A DNA stretch of 64,000 bases, from the NCBI GenBank assembly GCA_038227445.1, contig JBBRPV010000005.1:584-64583 (forward strand), in the 5' to 3' direction. Made by a program: the position numbers and the translations under genes. Of this stretch, positions 1-9,473 are shown piece by piece. The notes beneath the pieces are model-generated. The model worked only from the letters and a program-made list of their open reading frames with translations, did not search any database and was not told the origin of the DNA. The number at the start of each line of letters is the position of its first letter. Position 1 is the first letter of the stretch. This DNA comes from Burkholderiales bacterium (GTDB lineage Bacteria; Pseudomonadota; Gammaproteobacteria; Burkholderiales; Burkholderiaceae_C).

Positions 1-121
1 TGAAGCCCGCTGTCAGAAGTGCCGATGGCATTGCCCATGGTGTGTTCCTGAGGCCAGGCTCAGTCGAGAAAGGGGGCGAATTGTGCCTGCGAACAGCAAG
101 CAGCAAAGAACACGCGCTCTT

Positions 122-127
122 TACAAT
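122..127 (+). promoter_or_regulatory. Putative sigma70 -10 hexamer TACAAT, 8 nt upstream of the ATG at 136
   Basis: TACAAT at 122-127; no Shine-Dalgarno between it and the ATG. Confidence 0.5.
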
Positions 128-135
128 CGGCCTCG

Positions 136-1245
136 ATGAACAGCTTCGACGTACAGGTTTTGGGCGCGGGCATCGTGGGGCAGAGCCTCGCGCTGGCGCT
201 GGCGCGTTCCGGGCTCACGGTCGCGCTGCGTGGCGAACCGGCGCGAAGCGGCGCCACAAGCGATGTTCGCGCCTACGCCCTCAACGCCGCCTCGGCAGCT
301 CTGTTGCGCAGTCTCAAGGTCTGGGAAAGTCTGCCGGCGCATGCCACCACGCCTGTACTCGACATGCGCGTGCGGGGCGACGTGCCGCCCGCGGTGCTCG
401 AGTTCTCTGCCTGGCAGCAGCGCGTAGACGCGCTGGCGTGGATCACCGACGCCGCGGTACTGGAGCGCGAACTGGCGCAGGCAGTGCGCTTCGCGCCGCA
501 CATCAGCGTCGTTGACACGGAAGTTGAGGCGCCGCTCACGGCTATTTGCGAAGGCAAGACCTCAGCCACCCGCGCTGCGCTTGGCGTGCAAGCTGATCGC
601 CAAAGCTACGGCCACGAGGCGATCGCCGCGCGGCTCACGTCTTCCCGAAAACACCAGGGGCTGGCGAGGCAGTGGTTCCGCTCGCCCGATGTGCTGGCCC
701 TGCTGCCCTTCGATACCCCGGAGCCCGACCAATCTTACGCGCTGGTCTGGTCGCTGCCGCAAGCGCGCGCCCGTGAACTGCTGGCGCAGGACGACACCGC
801 GTTCGAGCAAGAACTGATGCTGGCCACCGCGGGCGAGGCCGGCACGCTCAAGCTGGCTGGCGCGCGCGCCGCCTGGCCGTTGACGCTGGCAAATGCCGCC
901 GCGTGGTCGGGACCCGGCTGGGTATTGCTGGGTGATGCAGCGCACGTCGTGCACCCGCTGGCAGGGCAAGGCTTGAACCTGGGCCTCGCCGACGTGGCCG
1001 CCTTGTGCCGCGTGATTTCCGAACGCGAGCCTTGGCGTGGGCTTGGAGACGAAAAACTGCTGCGCAGATATGCTAGCGAGCGGCTCGCGCCCACCTGGGT
1101 GATGGGCCAGGTCACCGACGGCTTGCTTCGCCTTTTTTCACACCCGCAACCGTTGGCCCGGGAACTTCGCAACCGCGGGCTGAATCTGGTTAACCAGCTC
1201 ACTCCCCTAAAGCGTTGGCTCACCCAACGCGCGCTCGACTCCTGA
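136..1245 (+). CDS. FAD-dependent monooxygenase, UbiH/UbiF/VisC ubiquinone hydroxylase family
   Basis: N-terminal VLGAGIVG FAD motif; LLGDAAHVVHPLAGQGLNLG motif. Confidence 0.9.
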   Translation: MNSFDVQVLGAGIVGQSLALALARSGLTVALRGEPARSGATSDVRAYALNAASAALLRSLKVWESLPAHATTPVLDMRVRGDVPPAVLEFSAWQQRVDALAWITDAAVLERELAQAVRFAPHISVVDTEVEAPLTAICEGKTSATRAALGVQADRQSYGHEAIAARLTSSRKHQGLARQWFRSPDVLALLPFDTPEPDQSYALVWSLPQARARELLAQDDTAFEQELMLATAGEAGTLKLAGARAAWPLTLANAAAWSGPGWVLLGDAAHVVHPLAGQGLNLGLADVAALCRVISEREPWRGLGDEKLLRRYASERLAPTWVMGQVTDGLLRLFSHPQPLARELRNRGLNLVNQLTPLKRWLTQRALDS

Positions 1246-1256
1246 AAGCCCTGCTC

Positions 1257-1985
1257 ATGAACAAGCTGATTCGTTTTGCCCTCTCTGCCGCCATCGCCGC
1301 CCTGTTTACGCAAGCTGCCCTTGCACAGGAGGCGGTGATTCGCAAAAACATTGCCGAGCGCTTGCCAGACTTCCCGAAAATCGACGAAGTGACCAAGACG
1401 CCAATTCCTGGTGTCTACGAGTTGCGCGTCGGCACCGATCTGGTCTACAGCGATGAACGTGGTGAGCACCTCATCCAGGGTGCGCTGATCGACACGAAGA
1501 CCGGTGTAAACCTGACCGAAGCACGCGTCGAAAAACTCACTGCGATTGACTTTGCCGCTCTGCCGCTCAAAGACGCCATCGTCTACAAGCAGGGCGCTGG
1601 CATGCGCAAGCTGGTGGTCTTTGCTGACCCAAACTGCGGCTATTGCAAGAAGTTCGAGCGCGAGTTGTTGCAGGTGAAAGACGTGACGGTCTACACGTTC
1701 CTCTACTCGATTCTCGGTGGCGATTCTCCCGAGAAGGCGCGCAACATCTGGTGCGCCAAAGACAACACCGCAGTCTGGCGCGATTGGATGGTCAACGGCG
1801 CCGTGCCGCCGCGCGGTGCCGCGCAGTGCGATGCGGGCGCTTTGCAGCGCAACCTGGCCATGGGCAAAAAGTACCGTGTGAACGGCACGCCTGCGCTGGT
1901 GTTTGAAGACGGCAAGCGCGTTCCCGGTGCTTTGCCACCGGCTCAGATCGAGGCACAGCTCACGGCGAGCCGCGCGAAGTCTTAA
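1257..1985 (+). CDS. dsbC: DsbC-family thiol:disulfide isomerase
   Basis: Signal peptide, FADPNCGYCKK CxxC site, VNGTPALV cis-Pro motif; start placed at ATG 1257. Confidence 0.9.
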   Translation: MNKLIRFALSAAIAALFTQAALAQEAVIRKNIAERLPDFPKIDEVTKTPIPGVYELRVGTDLVYSDERGEHLIQGALIDTKTGVNLTEARVEKLTAIDFAALPLKDAIVYKQGAGMRKLVVFADPNCGYCKKFERELLQVKDVTVYTFLYSILGGDSPEKARNIWCAKDNTAVWRDWMVNGAVPPRGAAQCDAGALQRNLAMGKKYRVNGTPALVFEDGKRVPGALPPAQIEAQLTASRAKS

Positions 1986-2169
1986 GAGCTTGGAACGACG
2001 CCCGGCACACCAGCACAGCAGCCTCAAGCGGGGCCACTCGCTGGTGCCAATGTTCGTCGTAGCCCGTAGCCCATAGCCAATCTGTGCCCTGCGCCTAGAT
2101 TGACTCAGTTTGGGCCGCCCCTCGGGCTCGCCGCACGCCGCACGCCGTCTGAGGCCCGCGGGGCGAGCT

Positions 2170-3174
2170 TCAGGCGTACTTCAACTCGCCAGTCTTGCCG
2201 CGGAACACGCGGTACGAAAACACCGTGTAGCCGGCAATCGCCGGCACCGAAATGCACACCCCGAACAAGATCACTTTCAGGGCCGCAGCGCTGCTGGCCG
2301 CCTGCCAGATGGTGAGCTTGTCGATCACTACGAACGGGTAGATGCTGTAGGCCAGCCCTAGAAAGCCCAGCACGAACACGCCGATCAGCAATACGAACGG
2401 CAGCCAGCACAGCGGCCCTCGCACCGTTTGCGATTTCAGCAGCATGCGAACGGTCACCAAGGCGATGCCGGTGACGAGCGGAATCGCCGAAAGCGCGATG
2501 ACCTCGGGCAAGGCGAACCAGCGCTCGCGCACCGTCGCGCTGATCCACGGCGTGGCCATCGAAATCAGCACCATGCCTGCCACCATTGGCCCCCACGCGG
2601 TGCTGGCCCAGGCGATTGCGCGCTCCTGCAACTCGCCTTCGGTCTTCATCACCAGCCAAGCAGCACCGAGCAGTACGTACGCCATTGGCAGCGCGATGGC
2701 GATGGCGCCGGCGAACAGCGGGTAATTCCAACCCTCGCCGAACCCGCTGACGTAGCGCCCGAGCATCCAACCTTGCGACACCGACGCGAGCAGTGACCCG
2801 GCGAAGAAAAGGCGGTCCCAGGTCTGCTTGTGCTTGTCCTTGGCCTTGACGCGAAAGTCGAAGGCCACGCCACGCAACGTCAGGCCGATCAACATCAGCG
2901 TGACCGGCAGGTAGAGCTCGCCCAGCACCACGCCGTGTGCTTTCGGGAAGGCGACCAGCAGGATGCCGATGCCGAGCACGAGCCAGGTTTCGTTGGCGTC
3001 CCAGAACGGACCGATTGACGCGACCATGACGTCTTTTTCGGCGTCGGTGGCGCGGGGCATCAGCATGCCAACGCCGAGGTCGTACCCGTCGCTGATCACG
3101 TAGACCAGCATCGAAATACCCATCAGCGCCATGAAAATCACCGGCAGCATGGCATCGAAGCTCATCACGCTCAT
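2170..3174 (-). CDS. cydB: Cytochrome bd (CIO-type) ubiquinol oxidase subunit II
   Basis: DGYDLGVG and GPFWDANETWLV motifs; ATG overlaps the cydA stop (ATGA at 3171-3174). Confidence 0.95.
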   Translation of the reverse strand: MSVMSFDAMLPVIFMALMGISMLVYVISDGYDLGVGMLMPRATDAEKDVMVASIGPFWDANETWLVLGIGILLVAFPKAHGVVLGELYLPVTLMLIGLTLRGVAFDFRVKAKDKHKQTWDRLFFAGSLLASVSQGWMLGRYVSGFGEGWNYPLFAGAIAIALPMAYVLLGAAWLVMKTEGELQERAIAWASTAWGPMVAGMVLISMATPWISATVRERWFALPEVIALSAIPLVTGIALVTVRMLLKSQTVRGPLCWLPFVLLIGVFVLGFLGLAYSIYPFVVIDKLTIWQAASSAAALKVILFGVCISVPAIAGYTVFSYRVFRGKTGELKYA

Positions 3175-4583
3175 GCTGCGCTCCCGCTCGACAAGATCGG
3201 CGACGTGCTGGCGCCGGCCGGCGTCACCGCTTGTTCGATCACATCCAGCCGCAACACCTCTTCCGGCTTTTCGGCCATGTACTTCAACACTGTCACGTAG
3301 GCGACGATCAACGCGAGGTAGAGCGTGATGTAGAGCGCCAGCGTCAGCCCGATCATGGCCGGGGGCACCGCAGACACCACATCGGCGGTTGCGATCAGTC
3401 CGTACACGATGAAGGGCTGGCGGCCGATCTCGGTCACGTACCAGCCGGCGACTGTGGCCACCCAGCCCGAGAAGGTCATGCCGGCAAGCAGCCACAGCAG
3501 TGCGCGTGGCAAGGCGGCGGGTTGCCACTTCGCGCGCCGGTACAAGCACCAGCCGGCCCAGCTCGTGGCCAGCATCAGCATGCCCACGCCGACCATGATG
3601 CGAAAGGCGAAGAACAGCGGCAGCGGCGGCGGGTGCTTGTCGCCGAAGGAATTCAGGCCCTTGATCTCTCCGTCGAGGCTGTGCGTGAGGATCAAGCTCG
3701 CGAGCTTCGGCACTTTGATCTCGAAGTGGTTGCTGCGCGCTTGCCTGTCGGGAATGGCGAACAGCAGCAGCGGCGCGCCACGTTCCGTTTCCCACACGCC
3801 CTCCATCGCGGCAATCTTCGCGGGTTGGTGCTTGAGCGTGTTCAGGCCGTGCGCGTCGCCCGCGATGATCTGCAGTGGAATGGCGATCGCCGCCACCGTG
3901 AGACCCACGCGAAGCACGCGTGCTGCCGAGCGCTCGGCCACGCCGTGCAGCACCTGCCAGGCACTCAGGCCGGCCATCAAAAAGGCGCAGGTCAGGGCAG
4001 ATGCCAGAAGCATGTGGGTGAGGCGGTACGGGAACGAGGGGTTGAAGATCACCTCGACCCAGCTTGTCACGTGGTACACGCCGTTGACCACTTCGTAGCC
4101 TGCCGGCGTCTGCATCCACGAGTTCAGTGCCAGGATCCAGAACGCGCTGAGGGTGGTGCCGAAGGCCACAAAAAACGTCGCCATCAGGTGCGCACGCTCG
4201 CTCACCTTGCCGTGGCCAAACAGCATCACGCCGAGGAAGCCGGCTTCGAGGAAAAACGCGGTCAGCACTTCGTAGCCGAGCAGCGGCCCGGCGATGTTGC
4301 CGACCTTCTCCATGAAGCCTGGCCAGTTGGTGCCGAACTGAAAGCTCATCGTGATGCCGCTCACGACGCCGAGCGCGAAGCTCAGCGCGAACACCTTGGT
4401 CCAAAACCGGTAGGCGTCGAGCCAGCCCTGAGCTGCGGCCTTGTCTGGGCCGTTGCGCGTTTTCAACCAGCGCAACCGAAAGAACAGCAGTGCCCAGCCC
4501 ATGCCGATGCTGATGGTTGGGAACAAGATGTGAAAAGTGATGTTCGCCGCGAATTGCATGCGGGCAAGAATCAGTGCGTCCAT
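3171..4583 (-). CDS. cydA: Cytochrome bd (CIO-type) ubiquinol oxidase subunit I
   Basis: RMQFAANITFHILFP, FQFGTNW, QPAKIAAMEG and GWYVTEIGRQP motifs. Confidence 0.95.
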   Translation of the reverse strand: MDALILARMQFAANITFHILFPTISIGMGWALLFFRLRWLKTRNGPDKAAAQGWLDAYRFWTKVFALSFALGVVSGITMSFQFGTNWPGFMEKVGNIAGPLLGYEVLTAFFLEAGFLGVMLFGHGKVSERAHLMATFFVAFGTTLSAFWILALNSWMQTPAGYEVVNGVYHVTSWVEVIFNPSFPYRLTHMLLASALTCAFLMAGLSAWQVLHGVAERSAARVLRVGLTVAAIAIPLQIIAGDAHGLNTLKHQPAKIAAMEGVWETERGAPLLLFAIPDRQARSNHFEIKVPKLASLILTHSLDGEIKGLNSFGDKHPPPLPLFFAFRIMVGVGMLMLATSWAGWCLYRRAKWQPAALPRALLWLLAGMTFSGWVATVAGWYVTEIGRQPFIVYGLIATADVVSAVPPAMIGLTLALYITLYLALIVAYVTVLKYMAEKPEEVLRLDVIEQAVTPAGASTSPILSSGSAA

Positions 4584-4599
4584 GGCGTTACTTTCCTTG

Positions 4600-5154
4600 T
4601 CAACGTTTCCCGGCCGCGCTGCCCCGGCCGGTGAATTCGAGCACTTTTTGTACTTTGGCGCCCATCTTCATCAGGCGCGAAAGCGTCTGCTGGTCCATGC
4701 GCCGCACGTCGTCGAACCAGGTGGTCGTGAGCTCGATCAGGTCATGCATGCCGCGCATGCGCTCGAGCGCAACGCGGTCGGCTTCGCTGGCGGGTTCTTC
4801 CAGCAGCGCGTTTCGCAGCATTGACAGCGTGGGCTCGATCTCGCGCCGGCGGCGCTCTTCGGCGAGGGTGCGAAAGATCTCCCACGCGTCGCTCGGGGCG
4901 TCGAAGTATTCGCGCCGGTCGCCGCTCAGGTGGCGCAGGTTCACGAGCCGCCAGGCTTGCAGTTCCTTCAAACCCATGCTGACGTTCGAGCGCGAGAACT
5001 CCAGCTTTTCGGCAATGTCGTCGGCGTTCAGCGCGGTGGGCGACACGAAGATCAGCGCGTAGATCTGGCCAACCGTGCGGTTGACTCCCCAGCGGCTGCC
5101 CATCTCGCCAAAGTGGGCCACGAAGCTGCGAACCAGTGGGGAGAGCGATGTCAT
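4600..5154 (-). CDS. GbsR/MarR-family transcriptional regulator (CydE-like) heading the cydAB operon
   Basis: HFGEMGSRWGVNRTVGQIYALI and SRSNVSMGLKEL winged-HTH pattern; directly upstream of cydA. Confidence 0.85.
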   Translation of the reverse strand: MTSLSPLVRSFVAHFGEMGSRWGVNRTVGQIYALIFVSPTALNADDIAEKLEFSRSNVSMGLKELQAWRLVNLRHLSGDRREYFDAPSDAWEIFRTLAEERRRREIEPTLSMLRNALLEEPASEADRVALERMRGMHDLIELTTTWFDDVRRMDQQTLSRLMKMGAKVQKVLEFTGRGSAAGKR

Positions 5155-5172
5155 GCGCGAAGTCTATCGAAG

Positions 5173-5196
5173 TTTCAGTAATTGCTGAAAATTCAG
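5173..5196. promoter_or_regulatory. Palindromic operator candidate TTTCAG-TAATTG-CTGAAA plus a third half-site TTCAG
   Basis: Inverted repeat 5173-5190 lying 18 nt before the regulator ATG; TTCAG at 5192-5196 also pairs with CTGAA at 5185-5189. Confidence 0.65.
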
Positions 5197-5262
5197 GAAT
5201 GAGGAGTGCAGGGTTGTTGCGCCCTGCGGCGACAATCTGGAACCGTTTTTCAGGAGCCTTGT

Positions 5263-5703
5263 TTGCCTGACCAGTCACCAGCATCAAGTTACCCGGTAGC
5301 CTTTCGCCTGGGCTACCTCGCTTTGTTGCCTTTCGTGCTCGGCGCAGCATTGGTCTGGATCGTGCGGGCCGACGCGCACCCCTACGTTACGGCCGCGCTG
5401 TCGGGCTATGCGGCGGTCGTGCTGGCCTTTATTGGCGGCATTCACTGGGGCTTCGGTTTTCGCGAAAAGAACCCGCCGCCTCGCCTGTTCATCTGGGGCG
5501 TGGTGCCCTCGCTCGTGGCATGGGTCGCGGTGGTGATGCAGCCTTACGCCGGCCTCGTGCTGCACGGGGTGATGTTCGTCGTGTGCTACCTCGTCGACCG
5601 CAAGGTCTACCCCGAGCATGGCGCCGCGCGCTGGCTCACGCTGCGGTTTCGGCTCAGCGTGCTCGCGAGCTTGAGCTGTTTTGTCGGCGCCGCCGGCAGC
5701 TGA
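5263..5703 (+). CDS. DUF3429-like integral membrane protein
   Basis: LGYLALLPF, YAAVVLAFIGGIHWG and LTLRFRLS pattern; TTG start after an AGGAG RBS. Confidence 0.75.
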   Translation: MPDQSPASSYPVAFRLGYLALLPFVLGAALVWIVRADAHPYVTAALSGYAAVVLAFIGGIHWGFGFREKNPPPRLFIWGVVPSLVAWVAVVMQPYAGLVLHGVMFVVCYLVDRKVYPEHGAARWLTLRFRLSVLASLSCFVGAAGS

Positions 5704-5741
5704 CCCTTCCCCTTCTGAACCCGTTCGATCTGGCACCCCCA

Positions 5742-7490
5742 ATGATCACGTACCGCATCGACGTTGCTGACGCCCACGCCCACCTGTTCCGCGTCACGCT
5801 GACGGTACCCAAGCCCGCCGCCGAACAGCGCCTGAGTCTGCCGGTGTGGATTCCCGGCAGTTACCTGGTGCGCGAGTTCGCGCGCCACCTGTCTGGCATG
5901 CGGGCCGTGCAGGGCACACGCGAGCTTCCCTTGCAGCAGCTTGACAAGGCCACCTGGCTCGCACGCTGCGCTGGGCGAGGTTCACTCCGCGTGAGCTACC
6001 TTGTCTACGCCTTCGACACCTCGGTGCGTGCCGCCTTCCTCGACGCGCAACGCGGCTTTTTCAACGGCACCGGCTTGTGTCTGCGCGTTGAAGGCTCTGA
6101 AGCCTTGCCACACCGCGTGGAGCTGCTCGCGCTGCCGGCCGGCTGGCAGGTGGCCACGGCAATGCGCACGGTCAAGGCCGATGCGGCAGGACGGGGCTCC
6201 TACGAGGCGGCCGATTACGACGAACTCGTTGATCACCCGGTTGAGATGGGTCGCTTCTGGCGCGGCCAGTTCAAGGCCTGCGGCGTGGTGCACGAGTTCG
6301 TGGTGGCCGGTGCCTTGCCCGACTTCGACGGCGAGCGCTTGCTCAAGAACAGCCAGCGCATCTGCGAAGCGCAGATCCGGTTCTGGCACGGCAAAAACAG
6401 GCCACCGTTTGAGCGCTACGTCTTCCTGCTCAACCTGATCGAAGACGGCCACGGCGGCCTGGAGCACCGCGCCAGCACAGCGCTGATCGGCTCGCGCCGC
6501 GACCTTCCGCAGGTCGGCAAGGCCGAGACAAGCGACGGCTACGCCAACCTGCTCGGCTTGATCAGCCACGAGTACTTCCACGCCTGGAACGTTAAGCGCC
6601 TGCGCCCGGCTGATTTCATGCACTACGACTACACACGAGAAAACTACACCGAGCTGCTGTGGTTCTTTGAGGGCTTCACTTCCTACTACGACGATCTTTT
6701 CCTGGTGCGCTGCGGGCTGATCGACACCGCGCGTTACCTCAAACTGGTCAGTCGCACGGTGAGCGGCGTGCTGGCGCTGCCGGGCCGCAAGGTGCAGAGC
6801 GTGGCGCAGTCGAGCTTCGACACCTGGGTTAAGTACTACCGCAACGACGAGAACACACCGAACTCGACCATCAGCTACTACACCAAGGGCTCGCTGGTGG
6901 CGCTCGCGCTCGACCTCACATTGCGCCGCGAAGGCCAGGGTTCACTTGACGCTGTGATGCGCGAGCTGTGGGCTGTGAGCGCGGGCGGGCCGATCACCGA
7001 GGCGCAGATTCGCGCCGTGCTGTGCAAGGTCGGCGGCCGCGCGTTCGACGTCGAGCTCGATGCCTGGGTACACGGCACCGACGATCTTCCGCTGCAAGGC
7101 GCGCTGGCCGCGTTCGGCGTTGACTGGGCCGGTGAAGCTGCCACGCTCGCCCAGCGCCTCGGCCTGCGCGTCAGCGAAAGTGCGCTCACCGGTGTGAAGG
7201 TGAGCCACGTGCTTCGGGGCGGTGCTGCCGAGCGCGCCGGGCTGTCGGTGGGTGACGAGTTGCTGGCGCTCGAAGGTTGGCGCCTGCGCCGGCTCGATGA
7301 AGCCTTGCGGCTGATGAAGGCCGGAATGCCGGCCACTTTGCTCGTCGCTCGCGACCAGCGGGTGCTGAGCTTGTCGCTCACGCTGCCAATGGCGGCCGCG
7401 TCGGTCATCGGGCCTGGCGTGACGCTCAAGCTGGCAGACAAGCCGGACGCGGCCGCCGCCGCGCTGCAAAAGGCATGGTTGTCCCACTGA
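5742..7490 (+). CDS. M61-family (glycyl aminopeptidase-like) metallopeptidase with C-terminal PDZ domain
   Basis: LPVWIPGSYLVREF, GGLEH, HEYFH zinc motif, SYYTKG; PDZ-like GGAAERAGLSVGDELLAL. Confidence 0.9.
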   Translation: MITYRIDVADAHAHLFRVTLTVPKPAAEQRLSLPVWIPGSYLVREFARHLSGMRAVQGTRELPLQQLDKATWLARCAGRGSLRVSYLVYAFDTSVRAAFLDAQRGFFNGTGLCLRVEGSEALPHRVELLALPAGWQVATAMRTVKADAAGRGSYEAADYDELVDHPVEMGRFWRGQFKACGVVHEFVVAGALPDFDGERLLKNSQRICEAQIRFWHGKNRPPFERYVFLLNLIEDGHGGLEHRASTALIGSRRDLPQVGKAETSDGYANLLGLISHEYFHAWNVKRLRPADFMHYDYTRENYTELLWFFEGFTSYYDDLFLVRCGLIDTARYLKLVSRTVSGVLALPGRKVQSVAQSSFDTWVKYYRNDENTPNSTISYYTKGSLVALALDLTLRREGQGSLDAVMRELWAVSAGGPITEAQIRAVLCKVGGRAFDVELDAWVHGTDDLPLQGALAAFGVDWAGEAATLAQRLGLRVSESALTGVKVSHVLRGGAAERAGLSVGDELLALEGWRLRRLDEALRLMKAGMPATLLVARDQRVLSLSLTLPMAAASVIGPGVTLKLADKPDAAAAALQKAWLSH

Positions 7491-8623
7491 AAGCCCTGAT
7501 CGGGCCAGCCCCGAGAACGGCACGGTGGGCCGGCTTGGCTGGCGTGGTCGTGCTCGTGCTGGCCGTGCACGGCTGGCTCACGCAGCAGCTTGCCGAGCGC
7601 ATTGCCGACATCCAAAGCGAGACCACGAAGCTCGAACGCATTGAGGTGGCTTACGTGCGTGAGATGGCACTGAGCGCGCCGACCCTTGCCGCGCCCGCGG
7701 CGCCACCAACGGCCGAAGCACCGCGCGTGGCGCGAAGCAAGGCCGCCAAGCCCGCCAAGGTTGCGTCTGCGCCCGAAGAGCCGCCGGTGGTGCCCGACGA
7801 GCCCCCAGTGATGCCCGAGCCGGTGCTGCCCAAGCCGGTGCTGGCTGCCGCCACGTCGGCGACCGAGCCCGCCGTGGCGGCACCCACTGCGCCGGAGTTG
7901 GTGGACGCGGCCGCGAGTGCCCCGCTCGACGCCGCCGGTGCGCTGGCCGCTTTTGCGTGGCCCTCGTCCACGCGTGTGAGCTACCTGCTCACCGGCTACT
8001 TTCGCGGCGACGTGAACGGCACCGCACAGGTCGAATGGATTCGTTCCGGCCCGCGCTATCAGGTGCATCTCGACCTGGTCGTCGGCCCCAGCTTGGCGCC
8101 GCTCATCACGCGACGCATGAGCAGCGACGGCGAAATTTCTGCCAGCGGTTTGATCCCGCGCCGCTACCAACAAGACACCAAGGTTGTGCTGCGCAACCGC
8201 AGCATCGTGAGCCTGAGTTTTGAGCCCGGCAGTGTGGTGCTCGCCAACGGCGAGCGGCGCGACACGGTGCCCGGCGTGCAAGACACTGCGAGCCAGTTCG
8301 TGCAGCTGATGTATGTTTTCAGCACCCAGCCCGAACTGCTGCGCGTGGGCAACACGGTCGAGATTCCGCTGGCGCTGCCGCACAAGGTGGACCTGTGGAC
8401 GTATGACGTGGTCGCCGAGGAAGTGCTCGACGCGCCCTTCGGCCCGCTGCCGACGATTCACCTGAAACCGCGCAGCCGCAGCGAGCGCCGGGTCGGTGAG
8501 CTCAGTGCCGAGATATGGTTCGCGCCGCAGCTGCGTTACTTTCCGGTGCGCATCCGTATCCAACAGGACGACGAGACCTTCATCGACCTGATGATCTCGA
8601 AGCGGCCCGAGTTGGCCGGATAG
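7475..8623 (+). CDS. DUF3108-like membrane-anchored protein with a long Ala/Pro-rich linker
   Basis: N-terminal TM helix, low-complexity linker, [10 protein letters not shown] and [16 protein letters not shown] motifs; start uncertain. Confidence 0.7.
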   Translation: MVVPLKALIGPAPRTARWAGLAGVVVLVLAVHGWLTQQLAERIADIQSETTKLERIEVAYVREMALSAPTLAAPAAPPTAEAPRVARSKAAKPAKVASAPEEPPVVPDEPPVMPEPVLPKPVLAAATSATEPAVAAPTAPELVDAAASAPLDAAGALAAFAWPSSTRVSYLLTGYFRGDVNGTAQVEWIRSGPRYQVHLDLVVGPSLAPLITRRMSSDGEISASGLIPRRYQQDTKVVLRNRSIVSLSFEPGSVVLANGERRDTVPGVQDTASQFVQLMYVFSTQPELLRVGNTVEIPLALPHKVDLWTYDVVAEEVLDAPFGPLPTIHLKPRSRSERRVGELSAEIWFAPQLRYFPVRIRIQQDDETFIDLMISKRPELAG

Positions 8624-8684
8624 CGCGCAACGCTGCATCAGAGTCACACAACACCCGTCACACAGCACCCGAAGGAGCACCACC

Positions 8685-9473
8685 ATGAGCTTTGAAAACA
8701 TCCTGACCGAAACCCGCGGCGATGGCGAGCGCAAGACTGGCCTGATCACACTGAACCGGCCCAAGCAACTGAACGCGCTGAACGACGCGCTGATGGACGA
8801 GCTCGGCGCTGCACTGAAGGCCTTCGACGCCAACGCTGGCATCGGCTGCATCGTCATCACCGGCAGCGAAAAGGCCTTCGCTGCCGGCGCCGACATCAGC
8901 GCAATGGCGCACTCCAGCTTCAACGATGCCTATGGCGGCGACTTCATCACCCGCAACTGGGAAACCATTCGCAGCATTCGCAAGCCGGTGATCGCTGCCG
9001 TGGCGGGCTTCGCGCTTGGAGGTGGCTGCGAGCTGGCGATGATGTGCGATTTCATCATCGCCGCCGACACCGCCAGGTTCGGCCAACCCGAGATCAAGCT
9101 CGGGATCATTCCCGGCGCCGGTGGCACGCAGCGCCTGCCGCGTGCGGTGGGCAAGGCCAAGGCGATGGACATGGTGCTGACCAGCCGCATGATCGACGCG
9201 GCCGAAGCCGAACGTGCCGGGCTGGTCTCGCGCGTGGTGCCGTTCATAGAGCTGCTGACCGTGACGCTCGCCGCGGCGCAAACCATCAACGAACTCAGTG
9301 GCCCGAGCGTGATGATGGCCAAGGAAAGCGTGAACCGAGCCTTCGAAGGAACGCTTGCAGACGGCGTGATGTTCGAGCGCCGACTGTTCCAGTCGCTGTT
9401 TGCGACCGCCGATCAGAAGGAAGGCATGGACGCCTTCCTTAACAAGCGCAAGCCGGCGTTCAGCCAGCGCTGA
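8685..9473 (+). CDS. Enoyl-CoA hydratase (crotonase family)
   Basis: [45 protein letters not shown]; GAAGGAG RBS. Confidence 0.95.
   Translation: MSFENILTETRGDGERKTGLITLNRPKQLNALNDALMDELGAALKAFDANAGIGCIVITGSEKAFAAGADISAMAHSSFNDAYGGDFITRNWETIRSIRKPVIAAVAGFALGGGCELAMMCDFIIAADTARFGQPEIKLGIIPGAGGTQRLPRAVGKAKAMDMVLTSRMIDAAEAERAGLVSRVVPFIELLTVTLAAAQTINELSGPSVMMAKESVNRAFEGTLADGVMFERRLFQSLFATADQKEGMDAFLNKRKPAFSQR

Noticed and set aside
1-38. Possible minus-strand gene start (MGNAIGTSDSGL...) running off the window edge
   Set aside because: Only 12 codons visible; product cannot be identified
1986-2169. cydX/cydS small subunit or terminator downstream of cydB
   Set aside because: No convincing small hydrophobic ORF; only short GC arms (GCTCGCC/GGCGAGC) and a CCGCACG doublet expected by chance
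6878-8923. 681-aa minus-strand ORF, and other long antisense ORFs (735-2027, 9847-11805, 3231-4634, 33740-34984, 53131-54357)
   Set aside because: Shadow ORFs opposite well-supported genes in high-GC DNA; no recognisable motifs
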